This document shows, one piece after another, positions 63,493-64,000 of a stretch of 64,000 nt of DNA (within the stretch, counting starts at the first letter, position 1; each line of letters begins with the position of its first letter). Where the stretch lies: positions 14,322,001 to 14,386,000 of the forward strand of contig CP158635.1 in NCBI GenBank assembly GCA_050273025.1, written 5' to 3'. Position numbers and translations under genes: made by a program. Source of the stretch: Cenococcum geophilum. Lineage: Eukaryota. The notes under the pieces are model-generated. The model ran no database searches, was not told the DNA's origin, and saw only the letters and a list, made by a program, of their open reading frames with translations.

Positions 63493-64000
63493 TTATCCTT
63501 CGCCACCATCAGCGCCATCTTCGGACTCTATTTCGTTCCACTTGTCTTGCTGTCTGCTTTTGCCCTTGTTGCTACCGATTGGATCTTGAGTAGCGGCGAT
63601 GCCGCTAGAAGTAAGGTAGAGAAATGTTGGTTCTTTGTAGTTGTCAATGTGCGTAAAAAGGGTGTTGAAACTATTGGATCTTTCAGTAAAAATTAAAGCT
63701 GTGGAGGCACTTCAATCATGGCTACTTACTGGTTTCCTTCCTCTTCCTCTCGGAAAATTCTCTCGTAGATCTCCCTCTGTTTGAATTCATTGATAACTTG
63801 TTCATACCTACTAAAATCAATATTCTCTCTTCCATGTCTCTCTGCTTGATGGGTGTTGTAGCTGTCGAAAACGGGCTGTTCCAGCAAGAGACCGAGACCG
63901 GGAACTCTCGGAATGCTCAAATTTACGTCTTCAAATGATTCTGTGATTCTGCTTGTTGGGCAGCCGCACCGTACTACCAGCGCAGCCATGCCGACCATCT
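63493..64000 (-). CDS. PUS1: tRNA pseudouridine synthase 1, 3' part (runs off the window)
   Basis: MVGMAALVVRCGCP...IPRVPGLGLLLEQPVFDSYN...FKQREIYERI; last exon ...HIDNYKEP...GGEG*. Confidence 0.88.

Overview
Filamentous ascomycete (Pezizomycotina) nuclear DNA with spliceosomal introns and strong RIP (C>T) damage in repeats. Coordinates of RIP-decayed genes are approximate, and their translations were reconstructed by eye. Left: a frameshifted HET-6-like gene end, a mitochondrial beta-ketoacyl-ACP synthase and a NiCoT nickel permease. Positions 5174-34453 are a four-level nested transposon stack with readable termini: a hAT-like MITE (8-bp TSD) contains a piggyBac-like element, which contains a 26-kb Plavaka (CACTA-like) element (3-bp TSD), which contains a full-length Tad1-like LINE. 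The stack, plus a second truncated LINE, splits one HeLo-like-N/ankyrin host gene. The Plavaka element carries cargo: two SNF2-like helicases, each with a divergent Cys-rich gene built from 178-bp exon+intron repeats, a coiled-coil gene, a DUF6532-like gene and a subterminal tandem array. Right: Ecl1-like, EFM3, RPS24, VPS72 and a JSN1/PUF2-like gene, then an apparently intact co-oriented trio (small protein, CorA-like 2-TM protein lacking GMN, kinase-vWA fusion) that is a candidate uncharacterised signalling/defence module, and the 3' end of PUS1.
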